Notes under the pieces: model-generated | The model's database searches: none | Told to the model about the DNA's origin: nothing | Seen by the model: the letters and a program-made list of their open reading frames with translations, nothing else | Translations under genes and position numbers: made by a program | Part shown: positions 13,257-25,500 of the stretch, piece by piece | Position numbering within the stretch: position 1 is the stretch's first letter | How the letters are laid out: each line of letters begins with the position of its first letter | NCBI GenBank assembly: GCA_002633005.1 | Contig: NMRA01000770.1 | Coordinates: forward strand, 96,163-157,420 | Direction: 5' to 3' | DNA length: 61,258 bases | DNA from: Phoronis australis | Taxonomy: Eukaryota > Animalia > Phoronida

Positions 13257-13465
13257 GTGTCTCAAAGAGTCCAGTTCAACTCGGTGAACAGTCGATGGGC
13301 TTGAGAATCTGCCACGGCTCCAAAGGGTTACACGATAAAGCAGTGTGCGCAAAAGACGCCTCCAAAAACCATGAATCGGTGACCAATTTGGATCTCGTGG
13401 TTTCCAAATTCAACAACAGAGGCTACACCGTTTGCTACGAAGGCACAACCTACGACAAAAACTAG
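13257..13465 (+). CDS. Secreted Cys-rich protein B, terminal exon 5
   Basis: cccaacag acceptor; VSKSPVQLGEQSMGLRICHG...AVCAKDASK...GYTVCYEGTTYDKN then stop; AATAAA at 13817-13822. Confidence 0.85.
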
Positions 13466-13563
13466 ATTTCCAACAAGAACAGAAAAATCAAGAAACGACT
13501 GACGTCAGAACTGGGCACTGTTTTTCTCGAAGAGTCTATTGTCAAAATTCAGACCTTATGACC

Positions 13564-13698
13564 CCTTCAGTGACGCTGGGACCTCGCTAAGAAGCAAGAC
13601 TTTGCAAGATTACGTGAGACACAGCCGTGTATTTTAAATGAGAGCACGTGACTCTGACTAGATGTTAGTTAGGTCCCAGCGTTTCTGAACGCACGTCA
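13564..13698 (+). mobile_element. Short MITE in the 3' UTR of protein B
   Basis: Inverted ends ttcagtgacgctgggacct / aggtcccagcgtttctgaa; a second copy lies inverted at 59519-59668. Confidence 0.75.
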
Positions 13699-14925
13699 GA
13701 TCAGTTTCCTGAAACAGTCAATAGACTTTTCTCGAAAAACAGCGACTCCTGTCGCGTTTCCATACAAGTACTTTGCTCAGTGTGCATTTCATCTATTTCA
13801 GCTCAATAGCACTGTCAATAAAAGTAACGTTGAAATGCATGTCTCTCGTAAATGATGGACTGGTTAGGATGCAGTGAGCCTTTTGTGAGATATAAAACAA
13901 GCTGAGCTTTTGGCGCACTTTTCTTGACGTCATATGCTAACCCGGGTCAGTTTCTCTGAAACTAGGAGAGACTGATTTTCAAACGAAAGACAAGAGACAA
14001 AAGCCAACGGACTCTTAGAAAAATAAAGTACTCACGGCGGGAAATGACCAGAGGATTGTAAGACCTCGTGCTAGTTTACAACATTCAAAATAGACGTAAT
14101 TGTAGGTGATATCCTATAACAGTTGACTATGCTGCAAGATGGCTATTTTGTCCCTCTACTTCGCTGTAAAACAAACCAATTTGTATAATAAGAAAACTAA
14201 GGCCACCCCCAGAGACCTCTCTTGCTCAGATGCGAAGCTTGCACCCACAAGGTCATGTAGTACACGAGACTACATCTGCATGTTGCTTCAACGCCATCAT
14301 CGAAACATTTTTAGGTTTTGTTGTAGAACTGACTGATAAAAGCAATTGATACAAAGCACACGTCAAAATAAAAGCTTTTAGTTCTTGCGCAGAAACGTAG
14401 TGATAACATTTCGGACCGGACCCAACGTCCAGAGCTCCCGTTCTTTTCAAGGGGTGTATACTTACCACGCTCTAAGATCACCAGAAGGTGGCGGCCCTGG
14501 TTGAAAGGTGACCTGAAATAAGTACCTGTCTAAAGTGGGCTATGGTCAAGTCTCATCTGTGCCACTCTTAACTCGACTCGAAATTTGACCAGTGCATGGC
14601 ACGCTTCGAATAAGGCTTACTCGACTCACATAGGAGTTGAGTCTGAAATCAAATACGAGATTCTCAGCCTACGTACGTTCTAATCTCCGAAAGCACACCT
14701 CGAAACTTAGCCAATCACGTCGTATCCGAATACAAATTTGTATGTCATAAAGTGCATGTAAGTTCACTTCCGAATCGAGTTTCGAGAACAGATATTACCT
14801 CCGGTCCCAGATCGGTATACTCCGGATTAGTTTCATTACACTTCATCGAGAGGGAAGTTCAACAGTACATCCTTCCACGGTTTGCTAATGGCATGCGAAG
14901 GTGCACCACGATACTGCGTCATTAA

Positions 14926-16542
14926 AGGAGAATGCCACCCGATTTAATTAGTCTTTGGTACCGTCTTAATCGGTCTATATCCACATCGCCTCTTACACGG
15001 TCGACCTCACCTTGTCGAGAGGTGTTGCGTTAACCTGTGAGGAAGGTGAGAAACGACGCAGCGACGTCAGTGGTTCATCTGCAGAGTGAATGTCGCTATA
15101 TTGCGGTGCATCGTTCCCGCTTGTCGGAACTATGAAGCTACGGAGAAAGCGGGTATATCGTTTTTTCGATTTCCTCGAGAGCCCGAAATGCTTAGAAAGT
15201 GGCTCGCGGTAGTGAAGAATGAAAGATACGCTGTTAATATCAAATATGAGGCCATGAAACATCTCCGTGTCTGTGCTGGCATTTCGTTGACAGTGATTTC
15301 TCTGAAGAATTCAGACTTACCAAAGACTTATCCATAAGTTCCGTTGCCTGTGCATGTTCACGGCGCCTCTCTAGTATTTCTTGATCAGTGTATTCCGGCT
15401 CGAACTGATAGCATGTGAAACCTAACGATCCGACCAGTAAAGTCTTCGTCGGATGAGCTCTTCACTAAGTCGGGATTGGCGCCGGGCGACTACGTTGTCA
15501 TGTAGACGTTTATTATTTTGCGTTCTGTTTCAAAATAAATTATTCTCATCCAAACCAATGCTTATATAAAACTGAAACAAAGTCTGTCTCATTAGATACA
15601 AATTGTAATTCCTTTGCAGTATTCGTGAGTGCAAATGCTGAGAAGCCAGCAACGAATAAACCACTGCGTACCGGCAATAAAGGTAATTGACCGGGCACAG
15701 ATGCCGTGTAAGCGCTTGCTGACAGAAAGTTGTTCTGAAACAATTACTCGATTTTATATGCTATGGTCACATGTTAGGGGAGTCATTATTTAGAAATACA
15801 AATATATTATCCAATTCATTGTTACTGTACAACCTTTGCCCTGGCGGTCTTTGGAAGGGGAACCCGACTTCGCGTCCCCCGACAAGTGAGAAGATTTTCA
15901 GTTTCGTGGCTAATTCTCCAACATAATTACGTGCACATTCTTTGGCTCACTGTTATAGTATTTTTGTGACTGGAGGCTTAGTTTCCAACTCAAGCTGGTT
16001 TTATATTTGTGCCAGTCCCGGCGGTCGCGACGGGCCTGATCGGGTTCCGAGCCACTGGCCGGGATAACAAGCGTTTTGTGTGTTTAGAACTAAAAAATCA
16101 CAAGTCTAAAAAACAGAGATCTAGGTTCTCCTGTCTGTATTTCACGGAAGAATACTTCGAATTTATCTCTGAACAGACCCCAAACTCCTGCTACTGACCT
16201 TGGTAAATTGGCCTGCCGAACTTTGTAGGCTACGGTGTGTCCAAATACCAATAAATCCGTAACAGCGAAATAAAACAACACGTTTTTATGAGAACTCGTG
16301 TATTTTTAAGGGTTTTACACAGAAGTTTGACGATTTATTGTTGTTAAACGATGTATTCAAGCGATAAGCTGACACCAGTAACCCGTGTTGTGAACTGCTG
16401 AACAGACTGCGTATGAAACCAATGACGTCATTGGATAATTTCAACTCCTCAGTCTGCCGTCAGGTATCAGGTAACGCAACCGAACGTGCCGTTATCGATC
16501 TAAAGTGATACAAAATAGGTTGTTTTTGGGTGGTATTCTCCT
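14926..16542 (+). mobile_element. Non-autonomous Kolobok-type DNA transposon with THAP relic
   Basis: TTAA on both sides; TIRs AGGAGAATGCCACCC / GGGTGGTATTCTCCT; THAP-like ORF at 15086-15337 (CIVPAC...FFRFP...RKW...RVC). Confidence 0.85.
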
Positions 16543-16766
16543 TTAAGCCCTTCACACCATGGTCATAAACGCGTGAATTCGGTTACCTACAATTTTGGTA
16601 AGGTATTTTAAGTATTTTTTCAAGTTGTGATTTTTTAATCGATAAATAAGCGCAAAAAATTGAAAAAATAAATTTTGTGTGTCGTCATCAGTGGATGCGG
16701 TCGTTGTGTTGTTCTACACCAGCTGCGAGCCGTGACGGTCTCAAAGACTGAGTTCGACTGAGTATC

Positions 16767-18105
16767 ATGAAAAGATGCATGTGCGGAGGATGCAGTAATA
16801 GCAATCGGACATTCCAAAAGACCCTAATGGCGCAATATCGTGCGTCGGACACAGGTGTGCAGTGGCAGATCTAGGATACTATAAAGGATTGGGCAAAGCG
16901 CGATTGGATGTGCACAGGCGGCCTGGAAATTGCGGGGTCTGGGGATGTGGACCTTTTGTTCAGGAAATCTATCGCTGAACTAAAAAACAAAAAAAATCTG
17001 GGACACGATTCCGCCCCGGTATGGGGGTTTGAGCCTCCCGCTACCGGTTCTAGTTACTGAACTCAATACTTCCTCAAGCTGTTGCTGTTTCATTTTGCTT
17101 GCTGCAGGCAAGGGTGGGGGGGGGGGGGGNGGGCGGCGGTCAGTCCCCCTGGGCCCCCCTAAATTCTCCTATGTGGTGTGACAGGTCGCGATGGAGAAAG
17201 TGATCAGTTCAGAGAATGCTGTGCTCAGCACATTTTGAAGCATCGTGCTTCGATCCATCGCAGAAATGGAGATTTGGTGAAAGTTTCTCCAACGTGCAAG
17301 CGCATTTGATGGAGAAAATTTTGTATTGTGTTGTGCCATTGCTGGGAACGTAGATGTCGAGCACATAATTATTGAGTACGAACCTCAATGACTGAGATAA
17401 TGAATGTGATTGCAGTAAGTTTCTACCAGTCTATTGTTGTTCAAGATTTGTGGGAATGCATGCTGTCTACTAATAGCGGTCAATGTCCAAGACTAGAAAA
17501 TGGGTTGTAGATGCAACGCAAGTAGAGTTAATGTCACGACCGTAACCTGCACAGAGGCTGGGGTCGGACACTGGACCAAAATAATCGACGACTCACAACG
17601 GCGCAAAACTGTCATAATTTGAAACTGATACGACAGAAACGAGTATGGTCATTTTGAAACTAGAAATAAAATCCAGTTAGCATCACTGTAATTAGATAAA
17701 ATCGTTCCTGACAAACGCACCGGCCATTGGCGCGACTGGACTTTGACAGTCAGAGTTAAAAGAGATTTACATTCCGAGACACATATTACACGACACTGAA
17801 GTTGTTAGAAAATTAAATCATAATTCAGTGTAACGCTTCAATTACCACTTTCAAATACGGATTGTTGGCAGACTGAATAGGCTCCAACTGGACTTCACTC
17901 GCCAAAGACTCCGGTGCGGGACAGTCGAGTTCGTAATCAACCAAACACGCAGTCTGCCGATATGGCGACGTCAAACTTATTACCTGTTTTACCCATAGCC
18001 CGAGTGTCGTCTTCCTTCCGGTCATCATATCTGTCTTCACAATACTCGTCAAGCTCGCTCTCTAAGTCCTCGAAACTTACACAATCACTCCTATCCGCTA
18101 TTGCA
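16767..18105. mobile_element. Decayed THAP-transposon relic (Kolobok-like), interrupted by a MITE at about 16860-17174
   Basis: Plus strand MKRCMCGGCSNSN..PKDP..WRNIV, then after the MITE LCSAHFEASCFD; convergent acidic reading on minus at about 17850-18105. Confidence 0.6.
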
Positions 18106-20142
18106 TAAATACTGTCAACTGATCAACGTCTTCCAATGGTGACATCGTATTTCGGGAAACCAATAAAAATAATTTTTCTTTGAAATTTAAAGTTCCCCAA
18201 TTACTCCTCATTGAAACAAACGCTTCTTTAGTTATATTTTGTGTTATGAAATTATTATACACGGTACAAAACCTCTAAAAGTGCAAAAATTCAAAGTAGG
18301 AACGCTCTACAGTGGTGTGATAAAAAGAACTACAAACATCGACGAAATCATGTAGGTTATTAAGCACAATTTAAATAAAAAACAAATACAAAAAATCGCC
18401 ATTAACTTATATTGACGTTTTTAAGTCCGCGCTGTTTGAAAATGATTGGTTTCCTTTGGCTAAGCCTGCTCATCAGGCGCGTTCCTTGGACACAAGACAC
18501 TCGCAACCCGGCACAACTCGTGTAACGCATGGCTATAGCCTAGAGGACACCTCTTTGTGATCTAGCTTTTTCGCGAGCGTTTTGCGTCTAAAGCACAATA
18601 ACACAGTTTTTCGGTCGTCGCCGACAATTTTAATGACAAAATATCGTTTCGTGTGCGCAAGTTGTCGAGGAAAATCAAGCAGCATAAAGGTCTTGTCCTG
18701 TACTGCGGAGTAGAGGTTTGACACAGTAAGTACGAGGGCGCCACAGTCAACAAATTATTTATGGACGAAATCTAAATAACTAGCGTTTATGTGCGCTCAA
18801 GGGAGATTAGATTATTTTTCAGATTAAGTTGTGCTGAGCGCAAGGAAGGTTTGAAATGCTTGATCAACTGACAAGTATAAGAAATAGAAAACAAGCCACG
18901 CATCATTTTTGCTCGTCTCTGGAGGATTCCGTACTTGAAAAAGCAAGAAGCTTAAAATACCAACAAAAACAAAAACACCAAAGAACGGAACCATTGCATG
19001 AAAATGACTTTTCTAAGACTTTGAGACAAAAATTTGGTTTTAGGCTCGCACTTTACAATAGTAATTATTAGGGTATCACAATCCTAGTATCAATAACTTA
19101 CAGTTAGGCGTTGTACATTTGCTCAAGTGAGATTTAACAATATTTCAGAAATGGTCATGCAAAGCGTAAGAACAAATTTCTGTCTCAAGTGTTTTAAGAC
19201 TTAAAAACTCGCTTTTAATGAAATCGATACCTGAACTAACAATGTCTAACCTTGTGTTTTGTAATTTAGGGTCAGCATTTCGTGCTTGAAAATAAAAGAG
19301 TCCTGTCCAAGGTCAATGCGTCATGTTCTGGTGTCAGTACAATGTTACCACAGAACTCTAGCTCCGAAATGCCATCTCCCCACCCCGGCTAACCCGCGAT
19401 CGAGAACGCCCGGAAGGCGATCGAGAACGAGACATTGCACCAAAAATGACAGACGGCAGTCACGTACCCGGTGAGTTTAAGTGTCATTTTCTGCTTAAAT
19501 AGAGGCCACTTTGGTACAAATTTTACACAAAGAAAGGCGTCAGAGTGTAACCTTTGTTGTGGATCTGAAATAATTCTTGGTTTTTGCTTACTTTTTTAAA
19601 CTAAAGAGCTCAGAAAACAATGACTTTCGGTAAAATGCCTTGCGCCTCGTAAAATAGACAATTTCTACTTGTTATTAGCAGTTCCATGGTTCTTAAGAAG
19701 ATACGTGTGACGTTTATAGTTTAATCGTCCCTGGTGACATCTTTGTTAGTTATGATTTGTGAAACAATTTGAGATATTTACCAATACAAACAGGTCCTTG
19801 TTTGAGACGGCGATCGGGAACGATGTCGTTAATTCTCTATGGCGATCGTGAACGCAAAAGTAGCGATCGTAAATGTACATTTTTTTCTCTGCATTGGCCT
19901 GAATAGTCGTTCAAGTTACGGTATTATGTCAATAATTTTAGAATAATACGCAGCCTGAATTATTAGATGGGTTAATTATTAATTACAGTTCATCGTGTTT
20001 TCATTATTTCTAAGTGAGATTTAGTCTAACAAGACATGTCTGAATGCGATTGATTTTTTCAGTTGAATTGTATGTAGCCACACGACGAGTCCTTTAGGGT
20101 GTTAACGTCCACGCCTTCAAAAAAGAGTAGTACAACTGCTGC

Positions 20143-20514
20143 ATGTCACAACCGAGTGTGTGTGTGTGTGTTGTGGAGCCTCGTTCAGGTACTAATAAAT
20201 CGACTTAGTATGACCACATGGCAATAAAACACAGTGACACTACAACAAAGCAAGACCTTTACCAGCCCTGTGATTGACGCGTTGCATGCGTCAAGAGTTT
20301 TTTTACCAATATAGTAAAACACAACACGAAACATCGTGCTCGGGAACCAGGTCAATTCAGTGTCCTATCTGTGATCAACATTTCACGGAAAGAGTGAGCC
20401 TGGTGCGACACAGCGTCACAGCACGAGGGTACTACTTTTTGTGGTGAATGAGGCACGTCATGCAAACAGTATGTCTCCTTTTACAGGCATAGCAAGCAGA
20501 AACGTCATGAATGA
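20143..20514 (+). pseudogene. Decayed C2H2 zinc-finger gene (about 4 fingers) inside the element
   Basis: CVCCGASFRY..DHMAIKH; CVKSFF..KHNTKH; CPICDQHFTERVSLVRHSVTA; CGE*GTSCKQYVSFYRHSKQKRH; stops and frameshifts. Confidence 0.75.
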
Positions 20515-21589
20515 AATCATTAAGTCCAGTGCCGAAGGTAATTAAGTCACTATAGTTTATTCAGATTTACAGAGTCTGTGGTTGGTAGTTGTCTGATGTG
20601 ATAGTATATTGACGTTTTGTTTTGAACCTTTTTTTCCTCAAGTTTCTTTCTATAAATGTGTTATTTTAAAAGGATTTTTAACAGAACCAGTACATTTTTG
20701 TAGTGTTTAGGTAGATTTAAATGGCCGTACTAAGTGTCATTGGGCAATACTTATATACAATTGTTCTGACCAATGAGTATTTTGAATTAAAATATATTTC
20801 AATGATTATTGTAGAAATTGCTTTCATATTGTAGTTGATTTCCTGTGAGAGACTGCTATACTGTCAATCAGACCTAAATACATTGTCTATGATTCAGTGA
20901 TGATTTAGTCTGATATATTCCAAAAGTAATTCGTTGGAAATGTTCAATGGATTTGTTTTGTTGATTTCCCTATAAATAAATTTATATATTTTTGTAAGAC
21001 CAATTTTGAGGTATGTGTGATAAAAGATTAAAATTATAACAGCAATGCTATAATGTTGTTGATTTCGTGTGTAAATCACTACAGTGTGTAGTTGAAGTGA
21101 CGTTAATGACAACATGTTGACTACGTTTTGAGAAAATCACAATATAGTATGTGTACTATAACTCTCAATCTTTTTCAATGTCACATTAAACTCGAGATCA
21201 TGAACTGACGATGCAGGTGAACTTAGGACCAATACTACAAAACAGAAGAGTCAAACACAACGTACATTCAAGCCGGACGGTGCCACAAGTCAATCTGTTC
21301 ATCTCTGTATCGATGTTATTAGTAAAACATCAAGTAAAATCCCACCCGTTTTATCAGCACACCAGTTTACACAACTTCTGGCCAATTTTTTGATCCCAGA
21401 CGTTTATGAGTGAGAATCTTTGAATCATCTCGTGAAGTGTTGCCGCACTCCCCTCTAACCCCATGGGCAAGCTCATCATCATTCTTTGACGTCTCTGGCT
21501 ATTTGTTTTTTCCTTTTGCTGTCACAATTTTACAAGAAGATTTTACACTCGCTTTCATCTCGGTGCTGCAACAATTTGTTTACCCCTGG

Positions 21590-21920
21590 CTAACAGGCCA
21601 CATGGAACAACTCGTGAGTGAGTCTTAGAAACCCTTGTTCTCAGTGGTTTGGTCTAAAAGTAGATGCCTGGCCTGGCCTGTACTTTTCAAAACCCTGGTC
21701 GGGTGTACCTTCACGTCGTGGGTAACATGTTCGTTGAAGCTCGCCTCACATTAACAGTGAACTTGTTTCCTGAAATGAGAATAAATTCGTTTGTGAAACT
21801 AAAATTATTCTTGATGTACATGTAGTGCTCAGGGCAATTTAATGGAAATATGCTATGTTGTTGTTCAGTTTTGATACGAAAGTAACACAGTAACGGCACA
21901 AAAATGTGATTAATTCATTG
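21590..21920 (-). pseudogene. Decayed Chapa/RAG1-N-terminal-like zinc-binding domain
   Basis: LCRYC at 21887-21901; EASFNEHVTHDVKVHPTRV with HP at 21700-21705; decayed CxxC; SCSM near 21600. Needs frameshifts to join. Confidence 0.5.
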
Positions 21921-22577
21921 CACCACACTTATTTTGTAACCTTTTTCACGTTTTATAAGTAAAAAGTTCATTACTGTTCGACACACCACAATGCGTTCCC
22001 GATCGCATAAACAAACGCAAATTTGCGTTCCCGATCGCTTATCGTTGCGTTCTCGATCGCATCTTTCAATAGAAAAGCGTCGAAAAATCAGAGATCCTGA
22101 CAAAACTACAAAAAACAAGAGTTGCGTTATATCTTCACTCATCATTTCTTCATAACTCCATGCTCGATTTATTGATTTAGTGCCAAAAATAACGGCAGCT
22201 TGCCAAAATGACATATAAATCACCTTCGGCTTAAGCGATGCCTTGGTCAACGTAACTTTTCTCCTATAATTGAAAGAGACACTAGCCTAAACCTCTACTT
22301 GCCCTTCCTAAATGTGTTACGCCTTGAAGTCATGTCTCTGTTTTCCCATTGGAAGTAAAAACAACGAAAATTCATCAAATTTACTCACCTTGCCTGGCTT
22401 TGCTTCTCGCGCCAAATTTCGTTCTCGATCGCCTTCTGGTCGTTCTCGATCGCTGGTTGGCCGGGGTGCTCCGCACTTGACCTAGGCCTACGTATTCTAT
22501 GATTAGAGCTTTCAACCCCGAGACTAGACAGTGTCCACTGTCTCTACTGGCACATTCGCCAACACAGTATACATATG

Positions 22578-25500
22578 CAGTGGTGGATCTACGTTTTCAG
22601 TAAGGGGGGTTTGGGATTCTCGCAAAGGTCGAATGCTAGGCTCGTGGCGCCGAGCGTTGGGAAGACATTTTTTGTTTTTGTAGCCAAATAGTGAAATTTC
22701 CATGCATCCTGGTAAGTTTCTGGCACTTAACATGTCTCTGGAGTTTTTCGTAAGATAATTAAAAACCCTCCTCGATTTCGTCACATGAACTTGGCTCATA
22801 AGTTTCGTGAAACCATATTGTGCAAATCTGGGTATGAGTCACGCCACCAGCAAAAGTTTTTGTTGGAACATCTGTTTACACCATGACACACCTTTTTTAG
22901 CATACGAAAAGTCGTATACGAAAAAGTGTGGTGTGTATACAGGGGTTTAGACAACTTCCAAATATTCAAGTGCATAAGGAGCACCGACGGGGCGTAAAAA
23001 CTTGAATATCAGATGCTCACTCGCGTAACAGCAGCCTCAAGTTGTTTAAGAACGAAGACCTGTACTGTTAGTCCGGAAATAAACATGATGAGTTCTGTCT
23101 CGTTACGAGAAAAACTGGCGAACGATGGTGCTCTCAGCTCATAGTCTATTATTAAAAGCGACAATAAATAATTAAGTATCACTTTATTAAGCTGAATCAC
23201 GTTGACAACAATTGAAAAACGTCAAATGTATCAGGAAACAAATCATCTGAAAGCAGTAATTCGAAACCAAAATCTCTTGTGCACAGTGGCGACAAGATAC
23301 ACTGAACTAGTTTGCAGAGAGTCCAGACGTACACTGAGAGTATACAGAAAGGCTGACCTGGTCCGTCACGAAACAAAGAGTACATCACTGCTTATTATCC
23401 CTATAAAAATAGTCGATCTGTCGCGGGACCAAACAGTACTGGCTGAGATAAATAGTTTTACAAAGCACACATTGGTAAAAAAATCACAAGACTAGTTCGC
23501 CGAGGGACCAGAAGTACACTGAAACTCATACACAAATCAAGCTGGCCTGGTCCGTCTCGAGACCTTAAAGGAGCATGCCACCCAAAAAACAACCTAATTT
23601 GTATCAATTTAGGTCGAGTAGTTCTACTCCATAACAACACGTACGGTTGCGTTACCTGACACCTGACGGCAGACGGAGGTGTTGAAATTATCCAATGACG
23701 TCATCGGTTTCACACGCAGTCTGTTAAGCAGTTCACAACACGGGTTACTGGTGTCAGCTTATCGCTTGAAGTCATCGTTTAACACCAATAAATCATCAAA
23801 CTTCGATGTAAAACCCTTAAAAATACACCGAGTTCTTATAAAAACGTGTTGTTTTATTTGGCTCTTACGGATTTATTGGTATTTGGACACACCGTAGCCT
23901 ACAAAGTTCGGCAGGCCAATAAGGTCCGTAGCAGGAGTTTGGGGTCTGTTCGGAGATAATTTCGAAGTATTTTCCGTGAGATACAGACAGGAGAACCTAG
24001 ATATGTGTTGTTTAGATTTGTGATTTTTTGAGTGCTAAACACAAAACACTTGTTATCCTGGCAAGTGGATCGGAGCCCGATCAGACCCCAGCATCGCGGC
24101 CGGCCGGATTGACTCGTTATCCCGGCCAGTCGCTCGGAAATTGATCAGACATCACGAACATTAGCCAGCCAAAGTTCAGTGGAAACTAAACTTCCAGTCA
24201 AGAAAATACTATACTAGTGAGCTAAAGTAATGTTCACGTGATGATGTTGGTGAATTAGCCACGAAACTGAGTCTACTTACTCGTCGGGGGCCGCGAATTC
24301 ACTGAGGTTCCGCTTTGGCCACAGCACCGTCAGGGCAGAAGTTGTACATTGACAATCATTATTTGAGTAATGTAAATGTAAATAAATATTCCCCTAAGTT
24401 CTGGCCGTGGGATGGAAATCGAGTTGTTTCACAACAGTTTCTGCCAGCAAACACTAAATTAGCATAAGTTCACACGGCATCGGTGTCCCGTCAATTAGTT
24501 TTATTGTACCTAAAGCCGGTTACGCAGGGATTTATTCATTGCTGGCTTCTCAAGTTATTTGCACTCACGAACACTCCAAAGGCATTACAAATTGCATCTA
24601 ATGAGACAGACTTTGTTTCATTTTATATAAGTATTGGTTAGGGTGAGAATAATTCATTTTTAAACAGAACGCTCAGTAATAAACACCAACATGGCAACTC
24701 GCAATTCCGACTTAGGATGACCAAGAGCTCACCAGTCCCAACTTCGCAGGTAGATCGTTAAAGAAGAATGCCACCCGATTTAATTAGTCTTTTTTGCCGT
24801 CTTAATCGGTCTATATCCACTTCGCCTCGCATACGGTGGACCTTACCTTGCCAAGAGGTGTCGCGTTAACCTGTGAGGAAGGTGAGAAACGACGCTGGCG
24901 ACGTCAGTGGGTCATATGCAGAGTGAATGCCGCTATGTTGCGGTGCATCGTTTACGCTTGTCCGAACTAAGCAGCTGCGAGGAAAGCAGGTATATCGTTT
25001 TTTTTTACTTCCTCGAGAGTCCGAAATGCTTAGGAAGTGGCTCATGGTAGTGAAGAAAGAAATGTACGTTGTAAATAGCAAGTATGAGGCCGTGAATCAT
25101 CTCCGTGTCTGTGGCCTGCAGACGTCGACAGTGCCTGACGAATGCCGGCTTACAAAATAACTCCATACTTTCCGTTGTCTGAGCTTGTTCACGGCGCCTC
25201 TCTAGCATTTCTTCATCACTCTATTCCTGTTCGAATTGATAGCCTGTAAAACTTAACGATTTACCTGCGAAGTCGGGACTGGTGAGCTCTAGCTCGTCCT
25301 GGCGGGATTCACGCGAGTTGCCTTGTTCATTGGCGTTTATTACTGAGCGTTCTGTTTCAAAATGAATTATTCTCACCCTAACCAATACTTATATAAAACC
25401 GAAACAAAGTCTGTCTCATTAGATGCAATTTGTAATGCCTTTGGAGTGTTCGTGAGTGCAAATGATTTGAGAAGCCAGCAATGAATAAATCACTGCGTTA

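Larger units (their letters stand above)
19381..22468. mobile_element. CAC-ended DNA transposon (Chapaev/Transib-RAG-like) with two convergent pseudogenes
   Basis: TIRs of about 50 bp starting CACCCCGGC; flanks CTCCC / CTCCG; symmetric GCGATCGRGAACG motifs. Confidence 0.8.

Noticed and set aside
13257-13290. Apparent premature stop (CLKESSSTR*) suggesting protein B is a pseudogene
   Set aside because: The extra exon at 12445-12542 restores the frame.
21230-21280. LECTLCLTLL as a RAG1-like RING start
   Set aside because: The remaining RING ligands are not recognisable, so it may be chance.
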